This document shows, one piece after another, positions 1 through 10,053 of a DNA stretch of 64,000 bases. The notes beneath the pieces were generated by a model. That model did no database searches. It saw only the letters and a list, made by a program, of their open reading frames with translations, and had not been told where the DNA came from. The position numbers and the translations under genes were made by a program. Source of the stretch: Anaeromyxobacter sp. (lineage in GTDB: Bacteria > Myxococcota > Myxococcia > Myxococcales > Anaeromyxobacteraceae); the NCBI GenBank assembly GCA_049840735.1, contig JASGJN010000020.1, positions 96,001-160,000 on the forward strand, written 5' to 3'. Within the stretch, counting starts at the first letter, position 1. Every line of letters begins with the position of its first letter.

Positions 1-1
1 C

Positions 2-1978
2 ACGCGGCTCACCGACGGCGGGCGCGCCACCGATCCGGCCTTCGACCCGGCCAGCGGGCTCCTGGCCTTCGTCAAGCGGACCGGCCCCGGCGAGATGGCG
101 CTGGTCCGGCGCCCCCTGGCCGGCGGCGCCGAGGCGGTGGCGCTGGCCCGCCCCGGCGCGCAGGTCTTCGCTCCCGCCCTGGCGCCCGGCGGCCGGCGGC
201 TGGCCGTGGAGCTGCACGAGGGCGGCCGGCGTGACGTGGTGGTGCTGGACGGCGGGCGCGAGGTGCGCGTCACCGAAGACGCCGCGCTCGACCTCTCGCC
301 CTCCTTCACGCCGGACGGCAAGTGGCTCGTCTTCTCGTCCAATCGGAGCGGGATCTTCAACGTGTACGCCTGGCCGGTGGAGGCGTGCCTGGCGGAGGCG
401 GTTGCAAGCGAGGCGCCGGCAGCCACGACCGAGGCGGAGCCGGCGGCGGCTGAGGAGACGCCGGCACAGGCTGAGGAGACGCCCGCACAGAATGAGGAGA
501 CGCCCGCACGGGATGAGGCTGGGCCGGCTCCCGCCGAATCCGTTCGCCCTGAGCGTAGCGAGCCCGAAGGGCTCGCGGAGTCGAAGGGCGAGGAGCGAAC
601 GGAGCCGAAGCGCGAGCCCTGCGCCCTCCGTCAGGTCACCAACGTCGAGACCGGCGCCTTCCAGCCCTCCGTCTCGCCCGACGGCCGCACCCTGCTAATC
701 GTCTCCTACTCGCGGGCCGGCTACGACCTGGCCACCCTGCCCTTCAATCCCACCGCCTTCCTCGAGCCGGCCGCCCCGCTGCGCGAGACCGTGGCCCTGC
801 CTGCGGCGGTGACCGCCCCGGTCGCGCCGCCGCCGTCCAGGCCCTACTCCGCCTGGTCCACCCTCGCGCCCACCTGGTGGTTCCCGGTGTGGGGCACCGA
901 CGCCGGCGGCAACCTGTACGGCGCGGCCACGGGTGGCATGGACGTGCTGGCGCGCCACGCCTGGGCGGCGCAGGCCTGGTGGAGCGTGGAGGCCAAGCAG
1001 CTCAGCTACAACTTCGCCTACCAGGGCGGCTGGTCCTGGCCGACCTTCGATCTCTCCTCGTACCGCTACCTCGACACCGCGCCGGGCGGCCCCGAGGAGC
1101 TGCAGGCCATCTGGACCCCGGCCGACGTCGGCGCGACCTTCACCTTCACGCACCTCGACTCGAGCTTCGCCTTCCGCCCGGGCTGGCGCGGCACCATCCA
1201 CGACGTGCTCGGCACCGACGCCAAGGCCACCACCTCCGAGGAGATCGGGCTGGGCGACGGCTTCCTCTCCGAGCTGACGCTGGGGGCCGCCTGGTCCAAC
1301 GCGCGGCGCTACGTGCGGTCCATCTCCGCCGAGGAGGGCACCAGCGCGGCGGTGTTCGGCCGGCTGGCCCTGCCGGAGCTGGGCAGCGACGTGAAGCTGG
1401 CCCGGGTCGAGGGGGCGCTCTCGCAGTACCTGCGCATCCCCTACACGCGCCACGGCGTGCTGGCGCTCCGGGCCGCCGGGGGCGCCGCGGACGGCTCGCT
1501 GGGCTTCCACCGCCCGTTCACGCTGGGTGGCGTCAGCTCGCCGGACCTGGTCTCGGTCCTGCTCCTGCAGCCGTCCATCGGCGCCAACGAGCTGCGCGGC
1601 TACCCCAGCAGCTGGCTGGGCGGCACCGGCTACGCGCTGGCCAACGCCGAGCTCCGCTTCCCCATCGCCGTCCCGGAGCGCGGCTACTCCACCTGGCCCA
1701 TCTTCCTGCGCCGGGTCCACGGCGCCGTGTTCGGCGACCTGGGCGACTGCTTCGACCTGCCCGGCGAGCTCGCCTTCGCCGGCCACTCGTTCTCGACCGA
1801 CCAGCTCAGGCTCGGCGCCGGCGGCGAGCTGCGGCTGGAGGTGGCGGTCGGCTACTACGCCGTCTTCGACGTACGGCTCGGGCTCGCGCACGCCTTCGGG
1901 CGCGTCTTCGCCGGCGAGGCCAGCGAGCCCGGGGTGGACCCGGTCACCGGCTACTTCACGGTGGGACAGAGCTTCTAG
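2..1978 (+). CDS. TolB-like (PD40) beta-propeller plus BamA/Omp85-type outer-membrane beta-barrel protein, 5' partial
   Basis: PD40-like repeats (SPSFTPDGKWLVFSS, QPSVSPDGRTL), Omp85 motif LRGY and ELRFP, C-terminal Phe (VGQSF); frame is open to the window edge. Confidence 0.8.
   Translation, partial: TRLTDGGRATDPAFDPASGLLAFVKRTGPGEMALVRRPLAGGAEAVALARPGAQVFAPALAPGGRRLAVELHEGGRRDVVVLDGGREVRVTEDAALDLSPSFTPDGKWLVFSSNRSGIFNVYAWPVEACLAEAVASEAPAATTEAEPAAAEETPAQAEETPAQNEETPARDEAGPAPAESVRPERSEPEGLAESKGEERTEPKREPCALRQVTNVETGAFQPSVSPDGRTLLIVSYSRAGYDLATLPFNPTAFLEPAAPLRETVALPAAVTAPVAPPPSRPYSAWSTLAPTWWFPVWGTDAGGNLYGAATGGMDVLARHAWAAQAWWSVEAKQLSYNFAYQGGWSWPTFDLSSYRYLDTAPGGPEELQAIWTPADVGATFTFTHLDSSFAFRPGWRGTIHDVLGTDAKATTSEEIGLGDGFLSELTLGAAWSNARRYVRSISAEEGTSAAVFGRLALPELGSDVKLARVEGALSQYLRIPYTRHGVLALRAAGGAADGSLGFHRPFTLGGVSSPDLVSVLLLQPSIGANELRGYPSSWLGGTGYALANAELRFPIAVPERGYSTWPIFLRRVHGAVFGDLGDCFDLPGELAFAGHSFSTDQLRLGAGGELRLEVAVGYYAVFDVRLGLAHAFGRVFAGEASEPGVDPVTGYFTVGQSF
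452..514 (+). repeat. 21-bp tandem repeat x3 inside CDS (EETPAQA/EETPAQN/EETPARD)
   Basis: gaggagacgccggcacaggct / gaggagacgcccgcacagaat / gaggagacgcccgcacgggat. Confidence 0.9.
539..603 (+). repeat. REP-like palindromic element, intragenic copy
   Basis: TCCGTTCG-CCCTGAGCGTAG-cgagccc gaa gggctcg-CGGAGTCGAAGGG...CGAACGGA; same family as the intergenic copies. Confidence 0.9.
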
Positions 1979-1985
1979 GTCCGGC

Positions 1986-2336
1986 TCAGGCCCGGCCCGC
2001 CGCGTCCGCCGGCGAGAGCGGCCGCCGGGCCCGCCCGCGCCGCCAGGCCTGCGCCAGCCGGAAGGGCGCCAGGGAGAGCGACCGCAGCAGCCGGATGAAG
2101 TCCTGGGCCAGCTCGGCCAGCACCGCCTCCACCGGGACCCCCAGCTCCTCCGCCCGGCGGGTGGCCGCCTGGACCTCCGCCATGCGCTCCACCCGCTCGC
2201 GCTCGTCGCGCTTCGCGGCCTCCCGCTGCGGCGCCGTGTCGCCGATGAACTTCTTCCCCGGCGCCCCCCGCCGGAAGCCAGCCTCCTGTTTCCCCAGCGC
2301 TTCCTTGGCCGCGCCCGGCCGGTTCTTCACCGCCAT
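1986..2336 (-). CDS. hypothetical protein
   Basis: 116-aa ORF, ATG start, host-like codon usage, fills the gap. Confidence 0.65.
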   Translation of the reverse strand: MAVKNRPGAAKEALGKQEAGFRRGAPGKKFIGDTAPQREAAKRDERERVERMAEVQAATRRAEELGVPVEAVLAELAQDFIRLLRSLSLAPFRLAQAWRRGRARRPLSPADAAGRA

Positions 2337-2401
2337 GTCGCCAAGGTAGGCGCGACGCGTCGCAGCGGCGACCGCCCGACGGAAGGGGGGCGGCTGAACC
2401 C

Positions 2402-2430
2402 TTGCGGCCCGTGCGCGGCGGTGCTAGAAA
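2402..2430 (+). promoter_or_regulatory. putative sigma70 promoter of tRNA-Thr
   Basis: TTGCGG-17 nt-TAGAAA with extended TG, 13 nt upstream of the tRNA. Confidence 0.5.
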
Positions 2431-2443
2431 GCCCGCGCTTCAC

Positions 2444-2519
2444 GCCGACATAGCTCAGCTGGCAGAGCAACTGATTCGTAATCAGTAGGTCCCCAGTTCA
2501 AGTCTGGGTGTCGGCTCCA
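2444..2519 (+). tRNA. tRNA-Thr(CGT)
   Basis: GCCGACA/TGTCGGC acceptor stem, TAGCTCAG D-arm, anticodon loop TTCGTAA, GTTCAAGT T-loop, encoded CCA. Confidence 0.97.
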
Positions 2520-2525
2520 GTTTTT

Positions 2526-2567
2526 CGACGGGCGCCCCGCCACACGGCCGGGCGCCCGTCGGCTTTT
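2526..2567 (+). terminator. hairpin terminator after tRNA-Thr
   Basis: CGACGGGCGCCC/GGGCGCCCGTCG stem followed by GCTTTT. Confidence 0.7.
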
Positions 2568-2596
2568 CACCGACCACAGCTGCGCCGGCTCGAGCC

Positions 2597-2866
2597 TCAC
2601 TTCAGCAGCTCATCGCCCCAGTCCTTCACCTGGTAGGCCTTCACCAGCCCCTCCAGCAGGAACGGATCGCCCTTCGCGAAGGCCTCGGCGGCGGCGCGGG
2701 TGCGGAAGAGGGCCATGTTGCCGCCGGCCGGATCGAGGAACGGCCCCACGCCGACCACCTCGCCGCGCGCCAGGAACTGATCCAGGAACGCCTTGTGGCG
2801 GGGGTACACGGCCATGACCTCGTCGCGGCTGCGGCCTGCGCTGGTCCCGATGACTGCAAAGAGCAT
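2597..2866 (-). CDS. YciI family protein
   Basis: H..FL...GPF...AEAFAKGDPF..GL pattern, 89 aa, GGAGG RBS. Confidence 0.8.
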   Translation of the reverse strand: MLFAVIGTSAGRSRDEVMAVYPRHKAFLDQFLARGEVVGVGPFLDPAGGNMALFRTRAAAEAFAKGDPFLLEGLVKAYQVKDWGDELLK

Positions 2867-3075
2867 CTCGCCTCCCGAGGTGATGCGCGACTGTAGCGCG
2901 TCGGCTCCCTCCCGCGCACCAAGCGCGTGAGCGGCTCCACGGGGCCTCGACCCACGAGCCGGACGGTGCGCCTCGGGCCGGCGGTGCAGCAAGCCGGGGC
3001 TGACCCAGTTGACACCGGCGGTCGCGATCCGCGACGGTGGCCCGGCTTCCTCGTACCTCCTCCCGGAGACCCACG

Positions 3076-3431
3076 GTGACCGAGCCTCGCCCTTCCCTGA
3101 GCGCCCTGGACTGGATCGGGCCGCGGTGGTCGCGTCCGCCCTGGCCTACCTGGCGGCCTTCCCGCTGGCGATGGCGCCCTCGTTCCGGCGGATGTTCGAC
3201 GCGGCCGGCGGCTCCCTGCCCGAGCTCACCCAACTCGCGCTCACCCGCTGGTTCCCGCCGGTGCTGACCCTCCTGCCGGCGGTGCTGCTGTTCGCGGCGC
3301 TCCTGCCCCTGCTGACGCCCAGGTGGCGCCGCGCGCTGATCATCCTGGGCTTCTGTGCCGCGTCGGCCGCCCTGGCACTGCTCCACGTCGCCCTCTACCT
3401 GCCCATCCTGGAGCTCGCGTCGATCAAGTGA
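3076..3431 (+). CDS. small membrane protein with PilC/GspF-like motifs (apparent frameshift near 3120)
   Basis: GGAGA RBS and GTG (MTEPRPSLSALDWI) join the 3009-3431 frame; F..MF...GGSLPELT and ALYLPI motifs. Confidence 0.55.
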
Positions 3432-3450
3432 TCGCGCCCGCCCTCCAGTC

Positions 3451-3837
3451 ATGCCCCCCTTCTTCACCGTCCTCCTCGCCGCCGTACTCCCGGCCATCCT
3501 GACCCTGGTGGCCCTCTTCCCCCTGTACGCAGTGGGCCGCTACGTGCTCCTGCGCCGGTACGGCGCCGGTCCAGCGCTGACGCGCTTCAAGCGCTGGACG
3601 GTGGGCGTGGGCCTCGGCGCGGGTCTCTTCGCCTACGCCGCCATCATCACCGGCGTGTTCTTCCCCGCCGCGGTCCCCGCCCTCTCGCGCTTCATCGCGA
3701 AAGGCGGGCTGGCGGCGGTCACGCCGCTGATCCTGCTGGACGGGGTGTTGGTGGCCGTCCTCCACCCGGACCGGGCGCTGGCCACCCGCGAGCGCTCCCA
3801 GCGCGCCGGAGCGGGCGAGCCGGGCGCGGCCGCCTGA
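3451..3837 (+). CDS. hypothetical membrane protein (3 TM)
   Basis: Hydrophobic segments, ATG at 3451. Confidence 0.65.
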   Translation: MPPFFTVLLAAVLPAILTLVALFPLYAVGRYVLLRRYGAGPALTRFKRWTVGVGLGAGLFAYAAIITGVFFPAAVPALSRFIAKGGLAAVTPLILLDGVLVAVLHPDRALATRERSQRAGAGEPGAAA

Positions 3838-3896
3838 CCCGGAGCGGGGGCCCCGCCAGGAAAGTGTAATGTGGGAGGGTCTGACCCCTATTCCCC

Positions 3897-5139
3897 CTAT
3901 TCCAGCGCCCGACGGATGTCGGCGATCAGGTCGTCCGGGTCCTCCAGGCCGACCGAGACGCGGATCATGTTGTCGCCGATGCCGGCGGCGCGACGCTCGT
4001 CCGGCGTCATGTCGGAGTGGGTCATCGAGGCCGGGTGCTCGATGAGGGTCTCGATGCCACCCAGGCTCACCGCCAGGTGGAAGACCTTCACCGCGTCGAG
4101 CACGCGGAAGGCCTCGCCCTCGCCGCCGCGGACCAGGAAGCTCACCAGGCTGCCGCTCCCGCCCAGCTGGTGGCGGGCCAGCGCCACCTGCGCCTGGCCC
4201 ATCTCCGGCAGGCCGGGGTAGAGCACGCGCTCCACGCGCGGGTGCTCCCGCAGCACGGCCACCAGCCGCCGGGCGTTCTCCTGCTGCTTCTCCATGCGGA
4301 GCTGGAGCGTGCCCAGGCTGCGCAGGATCAGCCAGGCTGTGTCCGGGTCGGAGTTGGCGCCAAAGATGGTGCGGGTGGCCTTGATCTTCCCGATGTCCTC
4401 GCGCGACCCCATCGCGATGCCGGCCACCAGGTCGGAGTGGCCGCCGATGAACTTGGTGGCCGAGTAGAGGATCACGTCCGCGCCCAGCTCGCGCGGCCGG
4501 GCGAAGATGGGCCCCATGAACGTGTTGTCGACGAAGACCTGGATGCGCTTGCCGCCGGCGGCGCGCCGGTCGGCCACGCGCCGGGCGGCGGCCACGTCGG
4601 TGAGCACGTTGGTGGGGTTGGCGGGCGACTCGACGTAGATGACGCGCGTGTCCGGGTGCGCCGCCACGATGGCGTCCAGCTCGCGCTCGTCGGTGCCGGC
4701 CGGGAACGGCGTGCTCTGGATCCCGAACTCGGGCAGGAGGTGGCGGAACAGGTACTCGGTGCCGCCGTAGACCGGGTCGGAGAAGAGGACCCGATCGCCG
4801 GGGCGCAGGAAGGTGAGGCAGGCGCAGGAGATGGCGCTCATCCCGGAGGAGAAGAGCGCGGCCGCCTCCATGCCGTCCCAGGCCGTGACCCGGTCCTCCA
4901 CCATCTCGCAGTTGGGGTTGTTGACCCGCGTGTAGATCAGCGCCGGCTGCTCGCCCGGCTCGGCGGGTCGCAGCCCGTAGGCGATCTCGAAGGCCCGCTT
5001 CCCCGCCGCGGCCTTCTTGAAGACGAAGGTCGAGGTCCGGAAGATGGGCGGCACCGCCGCGCCCTCGGAGAGCTGCGGATTCGTAGCCGCGGTTCAGGAT
5101 TCGGGTCTGGGGACGGAGGCTGCGGGGGACGTCGGCCAT
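3897..5139 (-). CDS. PLP-dependent Cys/Met metabolism enzyme (methionine gamma-lyase / cystathionine gamma-synthase family); frameshift near 5080
   Basis: PPIFRTSTF, YTRVNNP, FSSGMSAI, DNTF, SATKFIGGHSD, AVSLGG, IRVSVGLED; N-terminus MADVPRSLRPQT lies in the adjacent frame. Confidence 0.92.
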
Positions 5140-5273
5140 GGCGGCACCTCCGGGCGGGAGCCTAGCACCCGCGCGCGTGGACGCCGCCAGCCCAAGGGCT
5201 GGGTCGGTAGTTTTGCGGAGGGAGGCGCGCCTCGCCGTTGCTGCAACCAGGGCGCAGCGGGCGAAGGCCCTTC

Positions 5274-8021
5274 CTAGAAGTCCTTCAGCGTGACCTCGTC
5301 GCCTTCGTCCATCGGGAACGGGTCCGCGGTCTTGCCGTTCTTGCGGACCGTGCGTGCGGGCGGCGGCACCGGCGGCCTGGCCGCGGGCAGCGCCGGGCGC
5401 GCAGCCGGCGCCGGCACGGCACGGCCCTTCCGCGCCGGGCCGCTGGCTCCCTCCAGCTTGAAGGTGGCCACCATGGCCGCCAGCTCCTCGGCCTGGCTGT
5501 TCAGCTCGGAGGCCGCGGAGGAGGACTGCTCGGCGCTGGCCGCGTTCTGCTGGGTGACCTTGTCCATCTCGGAGATGGACCGGTTCACCTGGGCCACGCC
5601 GCCGGCCTGCTGGACGGCGGCGGAGGAGATCTCGGCCACGATGTCCGACACCTTGCCCACGCCGGCCACGATCTCCTGCAGCTTGCCGGAGACGCGCTGG
5701 GAGGCGCCGGCGCCCTCCCCCACCTGCTTCACCGACTCGCGGATCAGCCCCTCGGTCTTGCTGGCCGCCTCCTTGGCGCGCAGCGCCAGCGAGCGGACCT
5801 CCTCGGCCACCACCGCGAACCCGCGGCCGGCCTCGCCGGCCCGGGCCGCCTCCACCGCCGCGTTGAGCGCCAGCAGGTTGGTCTGGAAGGCGATGTCGGT
5901 CACGTCCTTGATGATCTGCGAGGTGGCCTCGGCGCTCTCGCGGATGCGGGACATGGCGCCCTGCAGCCGCTCCATCTCCCCTGCGCCGTCGCTGGCGGCC
6001 GCCCGGGCGCCCTGGGCCAGCGCGCTGGCCTGCTGGGCGCTCTCGGTGGTGTGGGCGGTCATGGCCGCCACCGACTCGAACGTCGAGGTGGTCTCCTGCA
6101 GCGTGGCGGCCTGCTCGGAGGCGCCGCTGGCCACCGCCTGCGAGGAGCTGGCGATCTGCGCCGCCGCCGAGGAGACCTGCCCGGCCGCCTGGGAGACCTG
6201 TGACATGGCCTCGTGGAGCGCCTTGCCGGTGGCGTTGACGGCGTCGCGGAGCCGGGCGTGACCGCCGCGGTACTCGCCGCTCATGCGGACCCGCAGATCG
6301 CGCTGGGACAGCGCCTCCAGCACCCGGGTGACCTCCTCCATGGGCGCGAGCAGGGCCGCCACGGTGGCGTTGAGCTGCTCCGCCATGGTCCGGGCGTCGT
6401 GCTGGTACCGGGCGGTGTCGAGGCGTTCACCCAGCTCCCCGGCGGCCAGCCGCTGCAGGAGCGCGGCCGCGTCCCGGTTCGGCGCCAGCGCCGCGTCCAG
6501 CGTGGCGTTCACGCCCTGGAGGATGCGGCGGTAGTCGCCGGCGTGCCGGGCCGCGTCCGCCCGCACGCCCAGGTGCCCCTCCGACGCGGCCCTGGCCAGC
6601 GCGTCCACGTCCGCGATCAGCGCCTGCAGGCGCTCCCGCACCCGCTCCACCGCCTCGTTGACGGCCGCGCGCTTGCCCGGGAACCGCTCCAGCTTCACCT
6701 CGAAGTTGCCCTGGCTGAACTGCTCCACGCACGCCAGCAGCTTCCGGGTGAGCGCCAGCTGGTCGGCCGCCATTCCGTTCACGCCCTGCGCCAGCGCCTT
6801 GAACCCGCCCTCGAAGCGGCCCGCGTCGATGGTGGCGTCGCTGTCGCCCGCCGCCTGCGCCGCGGTCATGCGGGTCAGCTCGCTCACCAGCCCCTTGAGG
6901 CTGCCGCGCACCTGCTCCAGCGTCTCGTTCACCTGCCGCATCTTGCCGGGCAGCGGCGGCAGCGTCGCGTCGAAGTTGCCCCGCGCCAGCTGGGCCACCG
7001 TCTCCATCGCCTGCCGGGTCAGGGCCACGTGGCTCGCCACCATGGCGTTCATGCTGCGGGCCAGCTCGCGGTAGGCGCCCGGAAAGCGGGCCTCGTCCAG
7101 CCGCACGTCGATGTCGCCGGCCTCGTGCGCGCCGCTCATGTGGCCCAGCTCTTCGGAGAGCCCGCCCACGGTGCCGGCGAGCGCTCCCAGCTCCTGGGCC
7201 ACGTACGCCAGCTCGCTGGTGGTGCCCTGCGCCGCGCCATGGGAGTCGAACCGGCCCTGCGCCACGGCGTCGATGCGCGCCACCAGCCCCTCGATGGTGC
7301 GCGAGGTCCCCTGGGCGGAGGTGCGGACGGCGATCACGAGCGAGAGCAGCGCCAGCGCGCCCACCACCAGCAGGTGGACGGCCAGGTGCGTGTAGACCAC
7401 GCCCGAGGCCGCCAGGGCGAACAGGTAGGCCAGCATCACCAGCGGGCCGATGCCCACGCAGAGCGCCAGCCAGACCCGGCGCGCGTTCTCGTCCACCACC
7501 ACCAGCTCCTCGCGGCGCAGCCGGATGGACGCGAGCCGCGGGTCGTCCAGGATGGGCCCGACCGCCCCCTCCACGATGACGAGGGAGATGAAGTAGTTGT
7601 AGGGGCCGACCAGCAGGGGCACGGCCACGCAGACCGCCAGCTGCACCGGCGTGGCGCCGGCCAGGAGCCAGACCGCCACCGTGAGCGCGCTCGGGCCGAT
7701 GGTCCAGCGCAGCGCGGTGCGCCTGGCGTCGGCCGCGGGGAGCCGCAGCAGCGCCAGCTTGGCGGCCCGGAGCGAGGCGGGCGTGCCCTCCGCCACCTGC
7801 GCCGTGATGCTCCGCACGCTGCCGCGCAGCGTGAGCACCGCGTGCAGGGACATGGCCGCCAGCGCCACCGCCGCGCCGGGCAGGAAGACCTTGAGCTGGT
7901 CGCCGGTGAACCGGGCGGAGAAGGCCACGAAGTACATGCCGAAGGGCATGCTGACCGCCGTCGCGAGCAGGTCTCGACGCGTCTTGATCTTCTTCACCAG
8001 TCCGGCGAGCAGGGCTTCCAC
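5274..8021 (-). CDS. methyl-accepting chemotaxis protein (multi-TM sensor, poly-HAMP)
   Basis: [34 protein letters not shown] signalling hairpin; GTG start with [12 protein letters not shown]-terminal LKDF pentapeptide-like end. Confidence 0.95.
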   Translation of the reverse strand: MEALLAGLVKKIKTRRDLLATAVSMPFGMYFVAFSARFTGDQLKVFLPGAAVALAAMSLHAVLTLRGSVRSITAQVAEGTPASLRAAKLALLRLPAADARRTALRWTIGPSALTVAVWLLAGATPVQLAVCVAVPLLVGPYNYFISLVIVEGAVGPILDDPRLASIRLRREELVVVDENARRVWLALCVGIGPLVMLAYLFALAASGVVYTHLAVHLLVVGALALLSLVIAVRTSAQGTSRTIEGLVARIDAVAQGRFDSHGAAQGTTSELAYVAQELGALAGTVGGLSEELGHMSGAHEAGDIDVRLDEARFPGAYRELARSMNAMVASHVALTRQAMETVAQLARGNFDATLPPLPGKMRQVNETLEQVRGSLKGLVSELTRMTAAQAAGDSDATIDAGRFEGGFKALAQGVNGMAADQLALTRKLLACVEQFSQGNFEVKLERFPGKRAAVNEAVERVRERLQALIADVDALARAASEGHLGVRADAARHAGDYRRILQGVNATLDAALAPNRDAAALLQRLAAGELGERLDTARYQHDARTMAEQLNATVAALLAPMEEVTRVLEALSQRDLRVRMSGEYRGGHARLRDAVNATGKALHEAMSQVSQAAGQVSSAAAQIASSSQAVASGASEQAATLQETTSTFESVAAMTAHTTESAQQASALAQGARAAASDGAGEMERLQGAMSRIRESAEATSQIIKDVTDIAFQTNLLALNAAVEAARAGEAGRGFAVVAEEVRSLALRAKEAASKTEGLIRESVKQVGEGAGASQRVSGKLQEIVAGVGKVSDIVAEISSAAVQQAGGVAQVNRSISEMDKVTQQNAASAEQSSSAASELNSQAEELAAMVATFKLEGASGPARKGRAVPAPAARPALPAARPPVPPPARTVRKNGKTADPFPMDEGDEVTLKDF

Positions 8022-8404
8022 ACGTACCTCCTCCTTCACGCATCGTCGCAGCCGAGTGGCGAACGACCCGCGGGCCCCCTGGCACGTGCATCGACGGCGC
8101 CACCCCACGGGCGGGCGTCACGCGCGGTCTCACGCGGGTTTTTCACGCCCCGGCGCAGGGCCTGGGCGGCGGCGCGGGGACCCAGGGTCAGGTGTGGGCA
8201 GCCCTGCCCAGCGCCGGCGAGCCGATCGGCACCCCATCCGGGACCGATGTGTGCCGCCAACCTCTCGGGTTCCCGGACGTTTACGCCGATGGCTTACCTT
8301 GATTGGACGTAATGTCGCAGCTAGCATGCGCCCGCCCCATGGATGAGTCTGGGGCACCACTCCCTGGGCCACATCACCCTCACCACGCGCGAGGTCACCC
8401 CGAC

Positions 8405-9922
8405 ATGGCCGGCAAGAAGAGCTTCTACGAAGAGGCGATGGAGATCTTCCACCGCGCAGCGGACCTCATCCACATGGATCCGCGGGTCCGGCTGGAGCTG
8501 GAGGAGCCTGACTTCGAGCACATCTTCTACGTGACGGTCGACCTGAACGACCGGCTGGTGCCGGTGCCGCCGGCCGAGGCCGCCCCCTTCGCCGACCTGC
8601 CCGCCTCCGGCGTGAAGGCGGCCGACGCGCTGGAGCCCCTGGCCAGCGGCGCGTTCATCCTGCACCGGCGCGCGCTGCTGGAGGCCGACCTCGCCATGCG
8701 CCAGGGCGTGATCCGCATCCCCGGCAAGGGGCTCTTCCGCCTGGAGAAGGGCGGCCCGCGCAAGTACAAGGCCTACCGCATCCAGCACAACGCCGTGCGC
8801 GGCCCGTACAAGGGCGGCATCCGCTACCACAAGGCCTGCACGCTCGACCTGTTCAAGACGCTGGCGGCGGACATGACCTGGAAGACCGCCATCGCCGAGA
8901 TCCCCTTCGGCGGCGGCAAGGGCGGCATCCGCTTCGACCCCTTCGCGCACTCGAAGGAGGAGATCGAGCGCATCACGCTGCGCTACGTCTACAAGCTCAA
9001 GAACCTGATGGGCCCGTACCTGGACATCCCGGCCCCGGACGTCGGCACCAACGGCCAGGTCATGGCCATCATGATGCGCCAGTACACGGATGGTGAACGC
9101 GACAAGCACGCGCTGCGCGGCGTGGTCACCGGCAAGGACGTGCGCATCGGCGGCTCGGAGGGGCGCGTCAAGGCCACCGGCCAGGGCGTGGTCTACTGCA
9201 TCGAGGAGTGGGCCCGCGAGCACGAGCTGCAGCTCAGGGGCGCCCGGGTGCTGATCCAGGGCTTCGGCAACGTCGGCTCGGCCGCGGCCGAGATCCTGGC
9301 GGCCATGGGCGCGAAGATCGTGGCGGTCAACGACGCCAACGGGACGGTCCACCGCGACGGCGGTCTGGACGTGGCCGCGCTGGTCCAGCACGTCCACGCG
9401 AACCCGGCCAACCTGGCCCGCACCGTGGCGGGGTTCAGCGGCGGCACCGCCATCTCCAAGGACGACTTCTGGGGCGTGGACGCCGACATCCTGATCCCGG
9501 CCGCGCTGGGCGAGGAGATCGACGGCCCGGTGGCGGAGCGGCTCAAGGTGAAGCTGGTGGCGGAGGGCGCGAACGGCCCCACCACGCGCGAGGGCGACCG
9601 GGTGCTGGCGGCCCGCGGGATCGAGACCATCCCGGACATCATCTGCAACGCCGGCGGCGTCACCGTCTCCTACTACGAGTGGCTGCAGAACCAGCGGCTC
9701 GAGACCTGGAGCGAGGCCGAGGTGAACAGCCGGCTGGAGCGGGCCATCAAGCGCAACTGGGCCATCATCCGCGACGTGGCCCGCGACCGGCCGCAGCGCA
9801 CCGCCATGCACGACTCCCGCCCGTTCTGCGTGGGGCAGCCGGTGGACGTGCGCACCGCGGCCATGATCCTGGCCCTGAAGCGGATCGAGGCGCACTACCT
9901 GCTGGAGGGGTTCTCGCAATAG
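8405..9922 (+). CDS. gdhA: Glu/Leu/Phe/Val dehydrogenase (glutamate dehydrogenase)
   Basis: GPYKGGIRY, MTWK, FGGGKGG, PAPDVGT, VVTGK, QGFGNVG, EGANGP, NAGGVTVSYYEW. Confidence 0.93.
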   Translation: MAGKKSFYEEAMEIFHRAADLIHMDPRVRLELEEPDFEHIFYVTVDLNDRLVPVPPAEAAPFADLPASGVKAADALEPLASGAFILHRRALLEADLAMRQGVIRIPGKGLFRLEKGGPRKYKAYRIQHNAVRGPYKGGIRYHKACTLDLFKTLAADMTWKTAIAEIPFGGGKGGIRFDPFAHSKEEIERITLRYVYKLKNLMGPYLDIPAPDVGTNGQVMAIMMRQYTDGERDKHALRGVVTGKDVRIGGSEGRVKATGQGVVYCIEEWAREHELQLRGARVLIQGFGNVGSAAAEILAAMGAKIVAVNDANGTVHRDGGLDVAALVQHVHANPANLARTVAGFSGGTAISKDDFWGVDADILIPAALGEEIDGPVAERLKVKLVAEGANGPTTREGDRVLAARGIETIPDIICNAGGVTVSYYEWLQNQRLETWSEAEVNSRLERAIKRNWAIIRDVARDRPQRTAMHDSRPFCVGQPVDVRTAAMILALKRIEAHYLLEGFSQ

Positions 9923-9933
9923 GCCGATCGACG

Positions 9934-9990
9934 CCTGGCCTTCGACTCCGGGCCCGCCTCAGGGCGGGCCCTACGCTCAGGCCGAACGGA
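9934..9990 (-). repeat. REP-like palindromic element
   Basis: Reverse complement reads CCGTTCGGCCTGAGCGTAG-ggcccgcc ctga ggcgggcc-CGGAGTCGAAGGCCAGG. Confidence 0.9.
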
Positions 9991-10046
9991 CCGCGAGGCG
10001 AACGGACCGCAAGGCGAACGGACCGCAAGACGAACGGACCGCCAGG
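9983..10046 (+). repeat. 16-bp tandem repeat x4 (CGAACGGACCGCNAGR)
   Basis: Units start at 9983, 9999, 10015 and 10031. Confidence 0.92.
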
Positions 10047-10053
10047 CCACACT

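Noticed and set aside
2444..3837. Integrative element at tRNA-Thr
   Set aside because: No integrase and no duplicated tRNA 3' end found in the window
8022..8404. Structured RNA in the long MCP-gdhA intergenic region
   Set aside because: No recognisable riboswitch or convincing stems by eye; likely divergent promoters
9983..10046. Possible mini CRISPR array
   Set aside because: 16-bp units are contiguous with no spacers, and no cas genes are present
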